From NCBI RefSeq assembly GCF_022045235.1, contig NW_027266265.1, positions 5,208,001 through 5,272,000 of the forward strand: a stretch of DNA of 64,000 nucleotides, in the 5' to 3' direction. Source of the DNA: Haliotis cracherodii. Lineage: Eukaryota. The notes under the pieces were generated by a model, which was not told the DNA's origin, did not search any database, and saw nothing but the letters and a program-made list of their open reading frames with translations. Below, piece by piece: positions 13,376 to 26,844 of this stretch (the first letter of the stretch is position 1; each line of letters starts with the position of its first letter). A program made the position numbers and the translations under genes.

Positions 13376-15070
13376 AGCTAAATGAGTATGGTTTTACGCC
13401 GCCTTTAGCAACATTCCACTAATACCACGGCGGGGGACACCAGAAATGGGCTTCACACATTGTAACAATGTCGAGAATCGAACCCATGTCTTCGGCATGA
13501 TGATCGAAAGCTTTAACCACTAGGCTACCCGACCGCCCCTTCTAGTCTAGTAAACCTGCATATATAAACATTCACATAACACAAGCCTACTGACTGTGAG
13601 GTGCAACCACTAATTATAACTGTAATAAAGTCAGTAACAAATACACGTGTGATGACTGTTGTTGTATAATATACAATTTAGTTGCATGAAAAATAAGTTC
13701 CTTTTGAGTAGATGAACTTAACTTAATTGATAAACTAAAACAAATTTGACAACAGCTTGCATGTGTTATTATCACAGGTCCATGGACAATATCTCTAGAT
13801 ATAAATATCCAGCTATGAAATACAGAAGGAGATCATCTTATTATCCAATCTGAATGCGATTTCACAGCAGGGATATTTCCAAATAACTGCATCTGATGAG
13901 CCTCCATTAAGTTTACGAAATCAACAACGAGTTGTTTATTGTAAAAAAACAAACACTTCAAGGAGAATAAACCATGAGGGGTACAGCACATTTCCGCTGT
14001 TCTTACAGACGGTAGCCCAGTCTCTCTCCTCGTTCAGTTGTGACACATCGACTCACGGCAGCTGATGAACCCTAGCAGCCACTGTCAGACAGCATGGGTA
14101 GAAGCCAGAGCCTATAGTGCTCCTTTAAATTGGATTACTATTTGATAAAAAAAAGGAGAGTAGAGTTTCTACTGGACCCAGGGACACATGTGGCTGTTAT
14201 GGTACTTGGATACAGCAAATCAAGGCAAAACACTGCAGCAGATTCCGGTCATTGTGATCCAAAATACTACTTCAGCTATGCAGGGCTGCCTGTACTTTAC
14301 TGGCAATAACGAGAAAAAGGTTTCGCATTATTGCACTATCAAAGTACTGTACATCTAAATTCGATTAAACAGAGACCTCCTACTCCAAATGTTTGACAAA
14401 ATATGTAATATCTTTTCCGGATTTGGCTGTCATGGTCAGTAAGTTTAAAATTGTAAGTAAATCTTTAAAAGATTACGATGTCAGGAATTATTCAATGACA
14501 TAGATTGCACTCCTGAGTAAGCATCTCACAGGTGCTCAAGAAAGAGCGCTGTGGAAAAATTATCAATATTTTGTAATTCACAATGTGTTCAAGAAAGAGT
14601 GCCATGGAAAATTGTCTATATTTTGTAATTCACAATATCAGATATCACCTTCATATGTTTTTCTGAGAGGCTTCATTATAACAGAACTAACAAACACAAT
14701 ATACTGCTGAATTTTACAGTCAAGACAAACTCAAGAAAAGGTAGTACAATTTGAAAAATATAAATGAATATGTTCATTGACATTTTTAACTGACATTATG
14801 TTTTCAGTTACACTTGCGTAATCTGAGCAAACCATTCCAGATTAAAATCTTGATCTGAACATCACAAAGTCAACAACTGTGTTTATGACCTACATAAACT
14901 GACCAAGAAAACATTTAAAAGTATTCATGACTTGTGGGGAATGCGGTTAATACGAGCTACTCTAATGACGCCCCCAACATCAGTTCCCCGTGGGGAATGC
15001 ATCGGTTCCTGAGTATTGATCTGATTCTTGGTGATACTGATGCTGCTGAAACATGACACTACCATCAAGA

Positions 15071-16465
15071 CAGTGATATAACCATTGTAGACACCAGGAG
15101 TGATATAACCATTGTAGACGCCAGGAGTGATATAACCATTGTAAACACCAGCAGTGATATAACCATTGTAAACACCAGCAGTGATATAACCATTGTAAAC
15201 ACCAGCAGTGATATAACCATTGTAAACACCAGCAGTGGTATAACCATTGTGGACACCAGTAGTGATATAACCATTGTAGACACCAGTAGTGATATAACCA
15301 TTGTAAACACCAAGAGTGATATAACCATTGTAGACACCAGTAGTGATATAACCATTGTAAACACCAGCAGTGATATAACCATTGTAAACACCAAGAGTGA
15401 TATAACCATTGTAGACACCAGTAGTGATATAACCATTGTAAACACCAAGAGTGATATAACCATTGTAGACACCAGTAGTGATATAACCATTGTAAACACC
15501 AAGAGTGATATAACCATTGTAGACACCAGTAGTGATATAACCATTGTAAACACCAAGAGTGATATAACCATTGTAAACACCAGCAGTGATATAACCATTG
15601 TAAACACCAAGAGTGATATAACCATTGTAGACACCAGTAGTGATATAACCATTGTAAACACCAAGAGTGATATAACCATTGTAGACACCAGTAGTGATAT
15701 AAACATTGTAAACACCAAGAGTGATATAACCATTGTAGAAACAAGTAGTGATATAACCATTGTAAACACCAAGAGTGATATAACCATTGTAGACACCAGT
15801 AGTGATATAACCATTGTAAACACCAAGAGTGATATAACCATTGTAGAAACCAGTAGTGATATAACCATTGTAAACACCAAGAGTGATATAACCATTGTAG
15901 ACACCAGTAGTGATATAACCATTGTAAACACCAAGAGTGATATAACCATTGTAGAAACCAGTAGTGATATAACCATTGTAAACACCAAGAGTGATATAAC
16001 CATTGTGGACACCAGCAGTGATATAACCATTGTAGACACCAAGAGTGATATAACCATTGTAGACACCAGTAGCGATATAACCATTGTAGACAATGGCAGT
16101 GACATAAACATTGTAGACACAAACAGCATTATAACCATTGTAAACACCAGCAGTGATATAACCATTGTAAACGTCAGCTGTGATATAACCATTGTAGACA
16201 CCAGCAGTGATATCACCATTGTGGACACCAGTAGCGATATAACCATTGAAGACACCAGCAGTGATATAACCATTGTAGACACCAGTAGCGATATAACCAT
16301 TGTAAACACCAGTAGCGACATAGCCATTGTAGACACCAGCAGTGATATAACCATTATAGACACCAGTAGTGATTTAAGTATTATAGACACCAGTAGCGAT
16401 ATAACCATTGTAGACACCAGCAGTGATATAACCATTGTAAACACCAGCAGTGATATCACCGCCAC
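15071..16465. repeat. Minisatellite, 27-bp unit
   Basis: AGTGATATAACCATTGTAGACACCAGC. The unit length is divisible by 3, which gives the spurious 380-466 aa ORFs. Confidence 0.97.
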
Positions 16466-18040
16466 ATAATTTTCGTTTTTTTTAAACTACAAGTACATAT
16501 TTCATATACTGCACCATCTGTGTGAACATAATATCACAAACACACCCTGTTCTTAGCTGCACGTGCATGCTTGCGTAGAGCATGCTTGTACCGTGGGTCT
16601 GTTTGCTAAAAGTGCAGTATGCACATAGCCTCTTTTGGCACATGTTATGTTGGCAGACACAGCTAAAATTTGGTTTAAGGCATAAATTAAGATTTATTTT
16701 GACCAACCAGTGAAATGCCTAAGCGTCCAGTGCCTCTGAACCAAAGATGGCAAATTATTAGTATGCACCAGACTGGTATGTCATGTCGTGCTATTGGAGT
16801 ACAACTGAACATTAATCACACTGTCATCAGCAGGCTAATACGTAAGCATACTGCTTCCGGTGAAGTGAAGGATGCACCGAGGTCTGGACGTCCGAGAAAA
16901 AACAATGACAGGGAAGATCGTGCTCTCGCACGCCAAGCCAGACGAAGCCCTAAGTCTACTTGTACACAGCTGCGACATGGATGGCATCCATACAACACCA
17001 TCAGACAACGCCTAAATTCTGAAGGATTGAGAGCAAGATGACCAATCAGACGTCCACTCCTCACAAATCAGCACCGCCATGCCCGTTTAGCCTGGTGCGA
17101 AGCACGTGCTTGCGGAACCTGAGGACATAGAGAAGGATCCACTGGTCCGATGAAAGCAGATTTTTGCTTCATCATACAGACGGGAGGGCAGGAGTTTGGA
17201 GGCAGAGTGGCACAGCATATGATCAGAGAAATACAGGCTGATGTTCCATTTGGGGGTGGATCCGTCATGGTGTGGGGGTGTTGTTCCTATGATTGTAAAC
17301 TTGACCTCATCACAGTTCCCAGAACACTGAATGGACAGAGGTACCAGAACTTGATCCTGGACGGTGCTGTTGTGCCTCATTTCGATAACCATGCTCTCGC
17401 CACACATCCAGTCTTCTCGGACGGTAATGCCAGACCACATCGTGCTCGAACTGTTGTTCAGCTTCTCCAACACAACGCCATTGAGACACTACCCTGGCCT
17501 GCCAGAAGTCCAGACATTAATCCTATTGAGCATTTGCGGGACATTTTGGGACGTAGGGTGAGAGCAAGGGATCCTCCAGTTCAGAACCTTCAGGAATTGA
17601 CCCATGCATTGCATGATGAGTGGCAGCAGATCCCCCAACAGAGATTAAGACATCTGGTGACCAGCATGAGACGGCGTGTAGAACATGTTATCCAAGTGCG
17701 AGGCAGTTACACCAGATACTGAGTTGGCCAGTCATTGTGGACCTTACTAGTGTGTTCGACATTAATGAAATGTGAACTGCGTTGTGTGTCTGTTGTAACG
17801 ACTCCACCAGCCATACTTATTTCACCTTATTTCACAGTGTTTTAGTGAACTTTAGTTTGCTACAATTAACCCTCAATTAGTGATCAAATTCGGTCTTGTG
17901 GTGTCAATTTTCTGACTGAACGCTCCAATGAGGCAATGTAAACAGTTTAATGAGCTTTTCTAAGCACCATTTTTATGAGGTTGAAGATCCAGTTTTACTT
18001 AGCGAAAAAAAGTGGGTGGTGCGATATTTATGAGGAGGTG
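16466..18040 (+). mobile_element. Tc1-family DNA transposon, defective (left TIR missing)
   Basis: Transposase remnants at 16715-17722. The right end is ...GAGGAGGTG|TA. No complementary CACCTCCTC... at the left end. Embedded in a minisatellite within NHE intron 2. Confidence 0.9.
16715..17722 (+). pseudogene. Tc1 transposase pseudogene
   Basis: Paired-like HTH and RSGRPRK, WSDESRF, FGGGSVMVWGC, FSDGNARPH, WPARSPDINPIEH. In-frame TGA at 17039-17041 plus a frameshift. Confidence 0.92.
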
Positions 18041-18049
18041 TATATTAAG

Positions 18050-19498
18050 GACACTAGTAGCCATAAAACCATTGTAGGCACCAGCAGTGATATAACCACT
18101 GAAAACACCAGCAGTGATATAACCATTGTAAACACCAGGAGTGATATCACCGCCAGATAGACACCAGGAGTGATATCACCACCAGAGAGACACCAGGAGT
18201 GATATCACCACCAGATAGACACAAGCAGTGATATCACCACCAGATAGACACCAGGAGTGATATCACCACCAGATAGACACCGGGGGTGATATCACCACCA
18301 GATAGACACCAGGAGTGATATCACCGCCAGATAGACACCAGGAGTGATATCACCACCAGATAGACACCAGGAATGATATCACCGCCAGATAGACACCAGG
18401 AGGGATATAACCACAAGATAGACACCAGCAGTGATATCACCACCACATAGACACCTGGAGTGATATCACCACCAGATAGACACCAGGAGGGATATCACCG
18501 CCAGATAGACACCAAGAGTGATATAACCACCGGATAGACACCAGCAGTGATATCACCACCAGATAAACACCAGCAGTGATATCACCACCAGATAGACACC
18601 AGGAGGGATATCACCACCAGATAGACACCAGGTGTGATATCACCACCAGATAGACACCTGGAGTGATATCACCACCAGATAGACACCAGGAGGGATATCA
18701 CCGCCAGATAGACACCAAGAGTGATATAACCACCGGATAGACACCAGCAGTGATATCACCACCAGATAAACACCAGCAGTGATATCACCACCAGATAGAC
18801 ACCAGGAGGGATATCACCACCAGATAGACACCAGGAGGGATATCACCGCCAGATAGACACCAAGAGTGATATAACCACCGGATAGACACCAGCAGTGATA
18901 TCACCACCAGATAGACACCAGGTGTGATATCACCACCAGATAGACACCTGGAGTGATATCACCACCAGATAGACACCAGGAGGGATATCACCGCCAGATA
19001 GACACCAAGAGTGATATAACCACCGGATAAACACCAGCAGTGATATCACCACCAGATAGACACCAGGAGGGATATCACCACCAGATAGACACCAGGTGTG
19101 ATATCACCACCAGATAGACACCTGGAGTGATATCACCACCAGATAGACACCAGGAGGGATATCACCGCCAGATAGACACCAAGAGTGATATAACCACCGG
19201 ATAGACACCTGGAGTGATATCACCACCAGATAGACACCAGGAGGGATATCACCGCCAGATAGACACCAAGAGTGATATAACCACCGGATAGACACCAGCA
19301 GTGATATCACCACCAGATAAACAACAGCAGTGATATCACCACCAGATAGACACCAGCAGTGATATCACCACCAGATAGACACCAGGTGTGATATCACCAC
19401 CAGATAGACACCTGGAGTGATATCACCACCAGATAGACACCTGGAGTGATATCACCACCAGATAGACACCAGGAGTGATATCACCACCAGATAGACAT
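18050..19498. repeat. Minisatellite, 29-bp derivative of the 27-bp unit
   Basis: A few 27-bp units, then AGTGATATCACCACCAGATAGACACCAGG repeats. Confidence 0.96.
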
Positions 19499-20077
19499 CC
19501 ACAGTGCAGCTTCCCAGCAAGCACCTGCTGAGCATGTGTCCTTCCTATAAGGGAGCGCTCCTGAAGGGCTTGATTTTTACTTACATTTTTTTAGTGTCAT
19601 TGCAACTGGGTGACAACAGTTGATAGTTGCATTACCCTGATTCTCAGAGTTAATCATCTTTGGTTTGGGTCCATGCCTTGCAAACAACCAACACTTGTTA
19701 TGGCCAAGATTGTCAGTGCTGTGTGTTTTATTGTTAGAAAATACTAATCTCATTTCAGATTTGTTTGTTTTTCAAATTATTTATGAAAAGATTGAAAAAC
19801 TTTTGACAGTATTTTAAATTCCTCAGCATACTTAGCTCCTCTTTGAGCCAAGGATGAAAAATGTATATCCCAGAAAATTGATATAAGATGAAAGTTCTTC
19901 CAGAGAGACCAACATCAGTCATGGTGAAGTGCAGGGGTTTATCTAAGAATAAACTCTAAGCAAGGTTGGCAGGCAATAAAGGAAATTTGTTATTTTGTTT
20001 AAAATTGGGATTTTTTTTTTAAATTCATATTTCCCAAAATTCAGAGCACATTCAATTCAATAATGCATAACTAAGAC

Positions 20078-20686
20078 ATGGGATTCTGCCGGCCGACAAG
20101 GGATTCTGGCCTTCTGACACAGGATTCTGGACTGCCGACACGGGATTCTGGCCTGCTGATACAGGATTCTGGCCTGCCGATATGGGATTCTGGCCTGCTG
20201 ACACGGGATTCTGGCCTGCTGATACAGGATTCTGCTGGCCGACAAGGGATTCTGGCCTTCTGACACAGGATTCTGGACTGCCGACAAGGGATTCTGGCCT
20301 GCTGATACAGGATTCTGGCCTGCCGATATGGGATTCTGGCCTGCTGACACGGGATTCTGTCCTGCTGATACAGGATTCTGCCGGCCGACAAGGGATTCTG
20401 GCCTTCTGACACAGGATTCTGGACTGCCGACAAGGGATTCTGGCCGCCTAACAAGTGATTCTGGACTGCCGACAAGGGATTCTGGCCTGCTGATACAGGA
20501 TTCTGGCCTGCTGATATGGGATTCTGGCCTGCTGACACGGGATTCTGGACTGCTGATACAGGATTCTGGCCTGCTGACACGGGATTCTGGCCTGACACGG
20601 AATTCTGGCCTGCCGATATGGGATTCTGACCTGATGACAAGGGATCCTGGCCTGCCGATATGGGATTCTGGCCTGCTGTCAAGGGA
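20078..20686. repeat. Minisatellite, 21-bp unit with higher-order structure
   Basis: GGATTCTGGCCTGCTGATACA variants recurring in blocks. Confidence 0.95.
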
Positions 20687-21159
20687 TGCATATCTGCACA
20701 GGACCCCCCTCTCTCCTCCACCCCCACCCCACCCCCCCAAGAATACAAAGTCCCTTATTTGATTCCAACCAAGTGAGTCTTCAGCAACAAAAAGCCAAAT
20801 GACATCTACAGAACAGAAATGGCAGCCAGCAACCTCATCTCATTGATACACAAACTGACGACACCTATACTTGTTATATGAATTTGTTGTATTAAGGAAC
20901 ACAATGTAGTTCTACATAATTGATAACTGAGTGAGTAAATATAGCTGATGTGAGCTACTTGTCAATGATGTGTTACTGATAACACATGTTTCTTGGCTGC
21001 CACACATTCTGTTTGGCTTCCACATCATAAACATTCATTATTCATGAGTATATGAGTTTTGTCTTGAACTACAAAGTAACCTTTAATACTGAAATACTTT
21101 TTCCTTAATCGAGACAGCAGGCAGGAGTGAATAAATCATGATTTCTAAGTCTGTTTTCC

Positions 21160-21629
21160 ACTCTATTTCATTAAGTGTGGACCAGACAAACCTGTGATAA
21201 CACAACTGTCACAGCGGACTCTATTTCATTAAGTGTGGACCAGACAAACCTGTGATAACACAACTGTCACAGCGGACTCTATTTCATTAAGTGTAGACCA
21301 GACAAACCTGTGATAACACAACTGTCACAGCGGACTCTATTTCATTAAGTGTAGACCAGACAAACCTGTGATAACACAACTGTCACAGCGGACTCTATTT
21401 CATTAAGTGTGGACCAGACAAACCTGTGATAACACAACTGTCACAGCAGACTCTAGTTTATTAAGTGTGGACCAGACAAACCTGTGATAACACAACTGTC
21501 ACAGCGGACTCTATTTCATTAAGTGTAGACCAGACAAACCTGTGATAACACAACTGTCACAGCGGACTCTATTTCATTAAGTGTGGACCAGACAAACCTG
21601 AGGTATAACACAACTGTCACAGCGGACTT
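21160..21629. repeat. Tandem repeat, 58-bp unit, ~8 copies
   Basis: ACTCTATTTCATTAAGTGTGGACCAGACAAACCTGTGATAACACAACTGTCACAGCGG. Confidence 0.95.
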
Positions 21630-22014
21630 GTCCTTTACATGTGTTATCTTTCATCACTCAGACAGTGTGCATGCTTTCACTCAACACTGCTGGAGAAATG
21701 TCAGTGGTTTGATTTGGTTTAGACACGTTTGGGTCAAGGTTTCCACATGTTTGGGTCGGGGCTTATGAATGTTTGTGTCAAGGTTGGTAAATGTTTGGGC
21801 AAAGGCTAATGCATGTTTGGGTCAAGGTTTCCACATGTTTGGGTCAGGGCTTATGAATGTTTGTGTCAAGGTTGGTAAATGTTCGGGCAAAGGCTAATGC
21901 ATGTTTGTGTCAAGTTTTGTATCAGTTTGGGCCAAATATTGTGTGTGCTGGGCCAAGGTTTGTACATGTATTTACCTTGACTTGTAAACTGGTGAATGAT
22001 GTGTGACATTAATT

Positions 22015-22186
22015 GAGTGAGTGAGTGGGTGAGTATGGTTTTACGCCGCTTTTAGCAATATTCCAGCAATATCACGGTGGGGGACACCAGAAATGGGCTT
22101 CACACATTGTACCCATGTCGGGAATCGAACCCGGGTCTTGGCCGTGACGAGCGAACGCTTTAACCACTAGGCTACCCGACCGCCCC
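22015..22186 (-). mobile_element. SINE family A copy
   Basis: Near-identical to the 43663-43823 consensus; flanking direct repeat ATGTGTGACAT. Confidence 0.92.
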
Positions 22187-22500
22187 ATGTGTGACATAAG
22201 GCATCAGACCAGGGCCTTGTACTTCTTTTATCAATATCCCCCCCACTGTAGACCTATCTTATCATACTTCCACTGATTCTCAGCTCATGTAGCCGCATCT
22301 AAATTATAGGGTTGTCTGTGTATTATCCAAATCAGTGGGGGAAAAAAGAAGCAATATGTCATAAACTTGTTTTTCAGCGATCCCTGAAGAACTTGTCCTT
22401 CAGGTGAACATGGTGAAATAAGGAAACAAATAAAAAAATATAGAATGTTTCAACAAAGAGTTTATTTTTACTTACTTCAACTTTTTTTTAACACTACTGA

Positions 22501-22764
22501 TTGTTTGTTTGTCGTTTAACGCCGCATTCAGCATTATTCCAGCTGTATGACGGTGGTCTGTAAATTATCGAGTCTGGACCAGACAATACAGTGATTGACA
22601 TCATGCGCATCAATCCACACAATTGGGATACGATGACATGCATCAACAAGTCAGAGAGCCTGACCACCCGATCCCGTTAGTCGCCATCTTACAACAAGCA
22701 TAGTCACTTTTTACGGCAAGCATGGGTTGCTGAAGACCTATTCTACCCCTGATCTTCACGGGTC
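22501..22764 (-). mobile_element. Retroposon family B (no tRNA head; (AAAC)n tail), reference copy
   Basis: TSD TTTAACACTACTGA (22487-22500 / 22765-22778). Other copies: 5974-6106(+), ~10030-10215(+), 33082-33298(-), 45361-45495(-), 58750-58840(-), 59625-59830(-). Confidence 0.88.
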
Positions 22765-23152
22765 TTTAACACTACTGAAAACAATTTACAGTCTGGTCGT
22801 GAAGATAAAAAGAATGAATTCTTGTCCCCCACATCGTTATTAGTCGGCGTAAAGGAAGTAACTACATGTAGATGTCTGATGGTGAATCTCATCAAACTGC
22901 CATCACTCTCGCCACAAACCACACAGAGCCACAGCCGAGCAAGGCACTGGTCCCAACACAATTTTCATTTCCACACAAGTGACACTTTGACTAAGGCAAT
23001 CATCATTGACTTTCATATATACAGTGTTTAGGATTAACAAGGGTGCAGCGATTACCCTCTTCTGAAAGTCTTCATCATGAAGTATTCATTTCATTAGTCA
23101 GCGATTCTTTATAAGGTGAACATTGGTGGCACAGTGGTATAAGGCACCACAA

Positions 23153-23445
23153 GGTGAGGTGAAATGGGGTTTAACGTCACGTCCAAGATTATTGCACTTA
23201 TATAGCAACGTGCCTATACGTGTGTGTGTTTGTTTGTGTGGCTGCTTGTACTAGTCCAGACTGATGCCGATTTATAGTGCTAGATCACTGAGATACCATG
23301 CCGCAGTTTAACATGAATACCCCACTCAGACACAGTATACTGACTCCGAGCTCACCAGTCCTTGTTTTAGCCCCTTAATGCCGAGTGCCAGACAGGGTAA
23401 CAACAAGTACCATCTTTTAACGTCTTTTGATATGACGGAGGCGGT
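23153..23445 (-). mobile_element. SINE family C copy with most of the tRNA head deleted
   Basis: TSD TAAGG(C/T)ACCACAA. Junction TATGACG|GAGGCGGT removes the A and B boxes at an ACG microhomology. Confidence 0.88.
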
Positions 23446-23469
23446 TAAGGTACCACAACATGCCATGAA

Positions 23470-25138
23470 GTGTTGTGTGTGACATAACACAGGAAGCTTA
23501 CTCACACAGCACCACATCCCTACCCTTCCACTGCTGTGTGACATAACATAGGAAGCTAACTAACACAGCACCACATCCCTACCCTTCCCCTGCTGTGTGA
23601 CATAACAAGGGAAGCTTACTCACACAGCAACACATCCCTACCCTCCCCCTGCTGTGTGACATAACAAGGGAAGCTTACTCACACAGCACCACATCCCTAC
23701 CCTCCCCCTGCTGTGTGACATAACAAGGGAAGCTTACTAACACAGCAACACATCCTTACTACCCTCCCCCTGCTGTGTGACATAACATAGGAAGCTTACT
23801 AACACAGCACCACATCCCTACCCTCCCCCTGCTGTGTGACATAACATAGGAAGCTTACTAACACAGCACCACATCCTTACTACCCTCCCCCTGCTGTGTG
23901 ACATAACATAAGAAGCTTACTAACACAGCAACACATCCCTACCCTCCCCCTGCTGTGTGACATAACACGTGAAGTTTACTAACACAGCACCACACCCCTA
24001 CCCTCCCCCTGCTGTGTGACATAACACGTGAAGTTTACTAACACAGCACCACATCCCTACCCTCCCCCTGCTGTGTGACATACCTACCCTCCCCCTGCTG
24101 TGTGACATAACACTGGAAGCTTACTCACACAGCACCACATCCCTACCCTCCCCCTGCTGTGTGACATACCTACCCTCCCCCTGCTGTGTGACATAACAAG
24201 GGAAGCTTACTAACACAGCAACACATCCCTACCCTCCCCCTGCTGTGTGACATAACAAGGGAAGTTTACTAACACAGCACCATATCCCTACCCTCCCCCT
24301 GCTGTGTGACATAACACAGGAAGCTAACTAACACAGCAACACATCCTTACTACCCTCCCCCTGCTGTGTGACATAACATGGGAAGCTTACTAACACAGCA
24401 ACACATCCTTACTACCCTCCCCCTGCTGTGTGACATAACACGGGAAGTTTACTAACACAGCAACACATCCCTACCCTCCCCCTGCTGTGTGACATAACAT
24501 GGGAAGATTACTCACACAGCAACACATCCCTACCCTCCCCCTGCTGTGTGACATAACATGGGAAGCTTACTAACACAGCACCACATCCCTACCCTCCCCC
24601 TGCTGTGTGACATAACAAGGGAAGCTTACTAACACAGCACCACATCCCTACCCTCCCCCTGCTGTGTGACATAACAAGGGAAGTTTACTAACACAGCACC
24701 ACATCCCTACCCTCCCCCTGCTGTGTGACATAACAAGGGAAGTTTACTAACACAGCAACACATCCCTACCCTCCCCCTGCTGTGTGACATAACATGGGAA
24801 GATTACTCACACAGCAACACATCCCTACCCTCCCCCTGCTGTGTGACATAACATGGGAAGCTTACTAACACAGCACCACATCCCTACCCTCCCCCTGCTG
24901 TGTGACATAACAAGGGAAGCTTACTAACACAGCACCACATCCCTACCCTCCCCCTGCTGTGTGACATAACAAGGGAAGCTTACTAACACAGCACCACATC
25001 CCTACCCTCCCCCTGCTGTGTGACATAACACGGGAAGCTAACTAACACAGCACCACATCCCTACCCTCCCCCTGCTGTGTGACATAACAAGGGAAGCTTA
25101 CTAACACAGCAACACATCCTTACTACCCTCCCCCTGCT
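23470..25138. repeat. Tandem repeat, 59-bp unit
   Basis: CCCTACCCTCCCCCTGCTGTGTGACATAACAAGGGAAGCTTACTAACACAGCACCACAT. Confidence 0.96.
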
Positions 25139-26487
25139 GCATGGTAGAGGCAGGCAGATCCAGATTCTGACAATGACCAGGCTTCTACACTCATACTCCA
25201 CTGGGATCAATATTCTTCAGGTTCAATGTCTTGACTTGACATACTTATTTTTATTTACCAAAAATCGTATAATGAATCTCCACATACATATTTAAGTCAG
25301 GTAGCTCTTGACACAAGAACAGCATCCTAATGTATAGCTAATATCTAGAGTGACTCATTGCCTCATTTTGAAAAAGAAGTCTGAGTAATAACCAGTAACA
25401 GATTTTTAAATATTGTTGGCCAGGCAACCATATTTAAAATTGGATCAGAGTAGTGTAACCAGTTGCTAGAGACCCATAAGCAGGGACCATTGATGCAAAG
25501 ACTCAGCTTCATAGGCCTTGATGTTGAAAACTCAGTAACATAAGAAAAACAGAGGTAAATGATCAAAGGCAGTAGCTTGATCAATGATTGAAACTTGCAA
25601 AACGGTTTATGTTATTTGATATACTATAATTCATATTGCTGCATATCAAAGTTCATAACAGTACAAGCAGAAATGGCTGAGTAAAGGGTAAAAAATATGT
25701 TTTCAATATGGCCACCATGTCAGCCATGATTAAAATTAGATCAGAATTCGGTGAACATTGCTTACAGATACCATAACTTGGTTATACCATAAGTGTCAGC
25801 TTCATAGGCCTTGTAGTGTCAGAGAGATGTAAGAAACTGCAAAAGGTAACGAAGGACGGACCAAAAGGCAATGCACCACGCCAAAAGCTCACTTCACTTT
25901 CAGTGAAGTCAAAATCACAATATGATAAGTAAGAACATGATGAAACTGCCCTTTGCCCTTGAGTGTATCAGTACATTAACACAGCACACAGCATACAGCC
26001 TCCCCCTCCCCCTCCCCTTGGCTCAACCCAATATCCTGGTTGTAAGTGTGCCTTGTTTGACATCTCTGACACCTCGGGGTCAATGACACAGGAGCTGGGT
26101 GAAGGTTAATTGACTTCCCTGCATGGCCACTGCCAATCACCATGGAAACCTGCTGCCAGCCTGTTCCTCAAGTAGTTCCCAGATAGGTGACAGCACAACA
26201 TTCTCAGAAACATTTATCATGTTCGTTACAAACATGTTTAAACTCTAGTTCCACTTTGGTGAAACCCATGAGCACAAATGGTGCTGACAGACCAGGCATC
26301 ATATTCAGGTCAAATGTAAGATTTGAACCCATGAATCAATGACCACTACGGAAAACAATTCTGCACAGAGAAATGTGGTTCCTTCGAACACACCTAGAAT
26401 AGGCATCACATGTTATATGCAACAAGTGTGGGCACTCGATGATGTGCTATGTATCATCACAGCCCTAAGAAAAGCTAACTGATTGAA

Positions 26488-26844
26488 GGTGAGGTGAGGT
26501 GAAATGGGGTTTAACGTCGCGTCCAAGATTATTGCACTTATATAGCGACGTGCATGTACGTGTGTGTGTTTGTGTGGCTGCTTGTACTAGTCCTGACTGA
26601 TGCCGATTTATAGTGCTAGCTCACTGAGATACCATGCCGCAGTTTAACATGAATACCCCACTCAGACACAGTATACGGACTCCGAGCCGACCAGTCCTTG
26701 TTTTAGCCCCTTAATGCCGAGCGCCAGACAGGGTAACAACAAGTACAATCTTTTAACCTCTTTTGGTATGACACGGCCGGGGATCGAAGCCCGGACCTTC
26801 CGCTCTCCGGGCGGACGCTCTACCACTAGACCACGGAGGCGGTC
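26488..26844 (-). mobile_element. SINE family C (tRNA head, V-domain-like core, internal (CA)n, (CACCT)n tail; RUDI/V-SINE-like)
   Basis: A box TGGTCTAGTGG and B-box-like TTCGATCCC. Core GTCATACCAAAAGA...CCCTGTCTGGCGCTCGGCATTAAGG. TSD CTAACTGATTGAA. Family name is from recall and unverified. Confidence 0.9.

Noticed and set aside
13880-13940. Possible minimal hammerhead (CTGATGAG...CGAAA)
   Set aside because: Stem II does not pair beyond one G-C and there is no convincing stem III or cleavage triplet. At best a decayed Penelope-type remnant.
14980-16469. 380-466 aa repetitive ORFs (mucin-, ice-binding- or membrane-protein-like)
   Set aside because: A 27-bp unit open on both strands, lying in an intron, interrupted by a Tc1 and continuing as a non-triplet 29-bp array.
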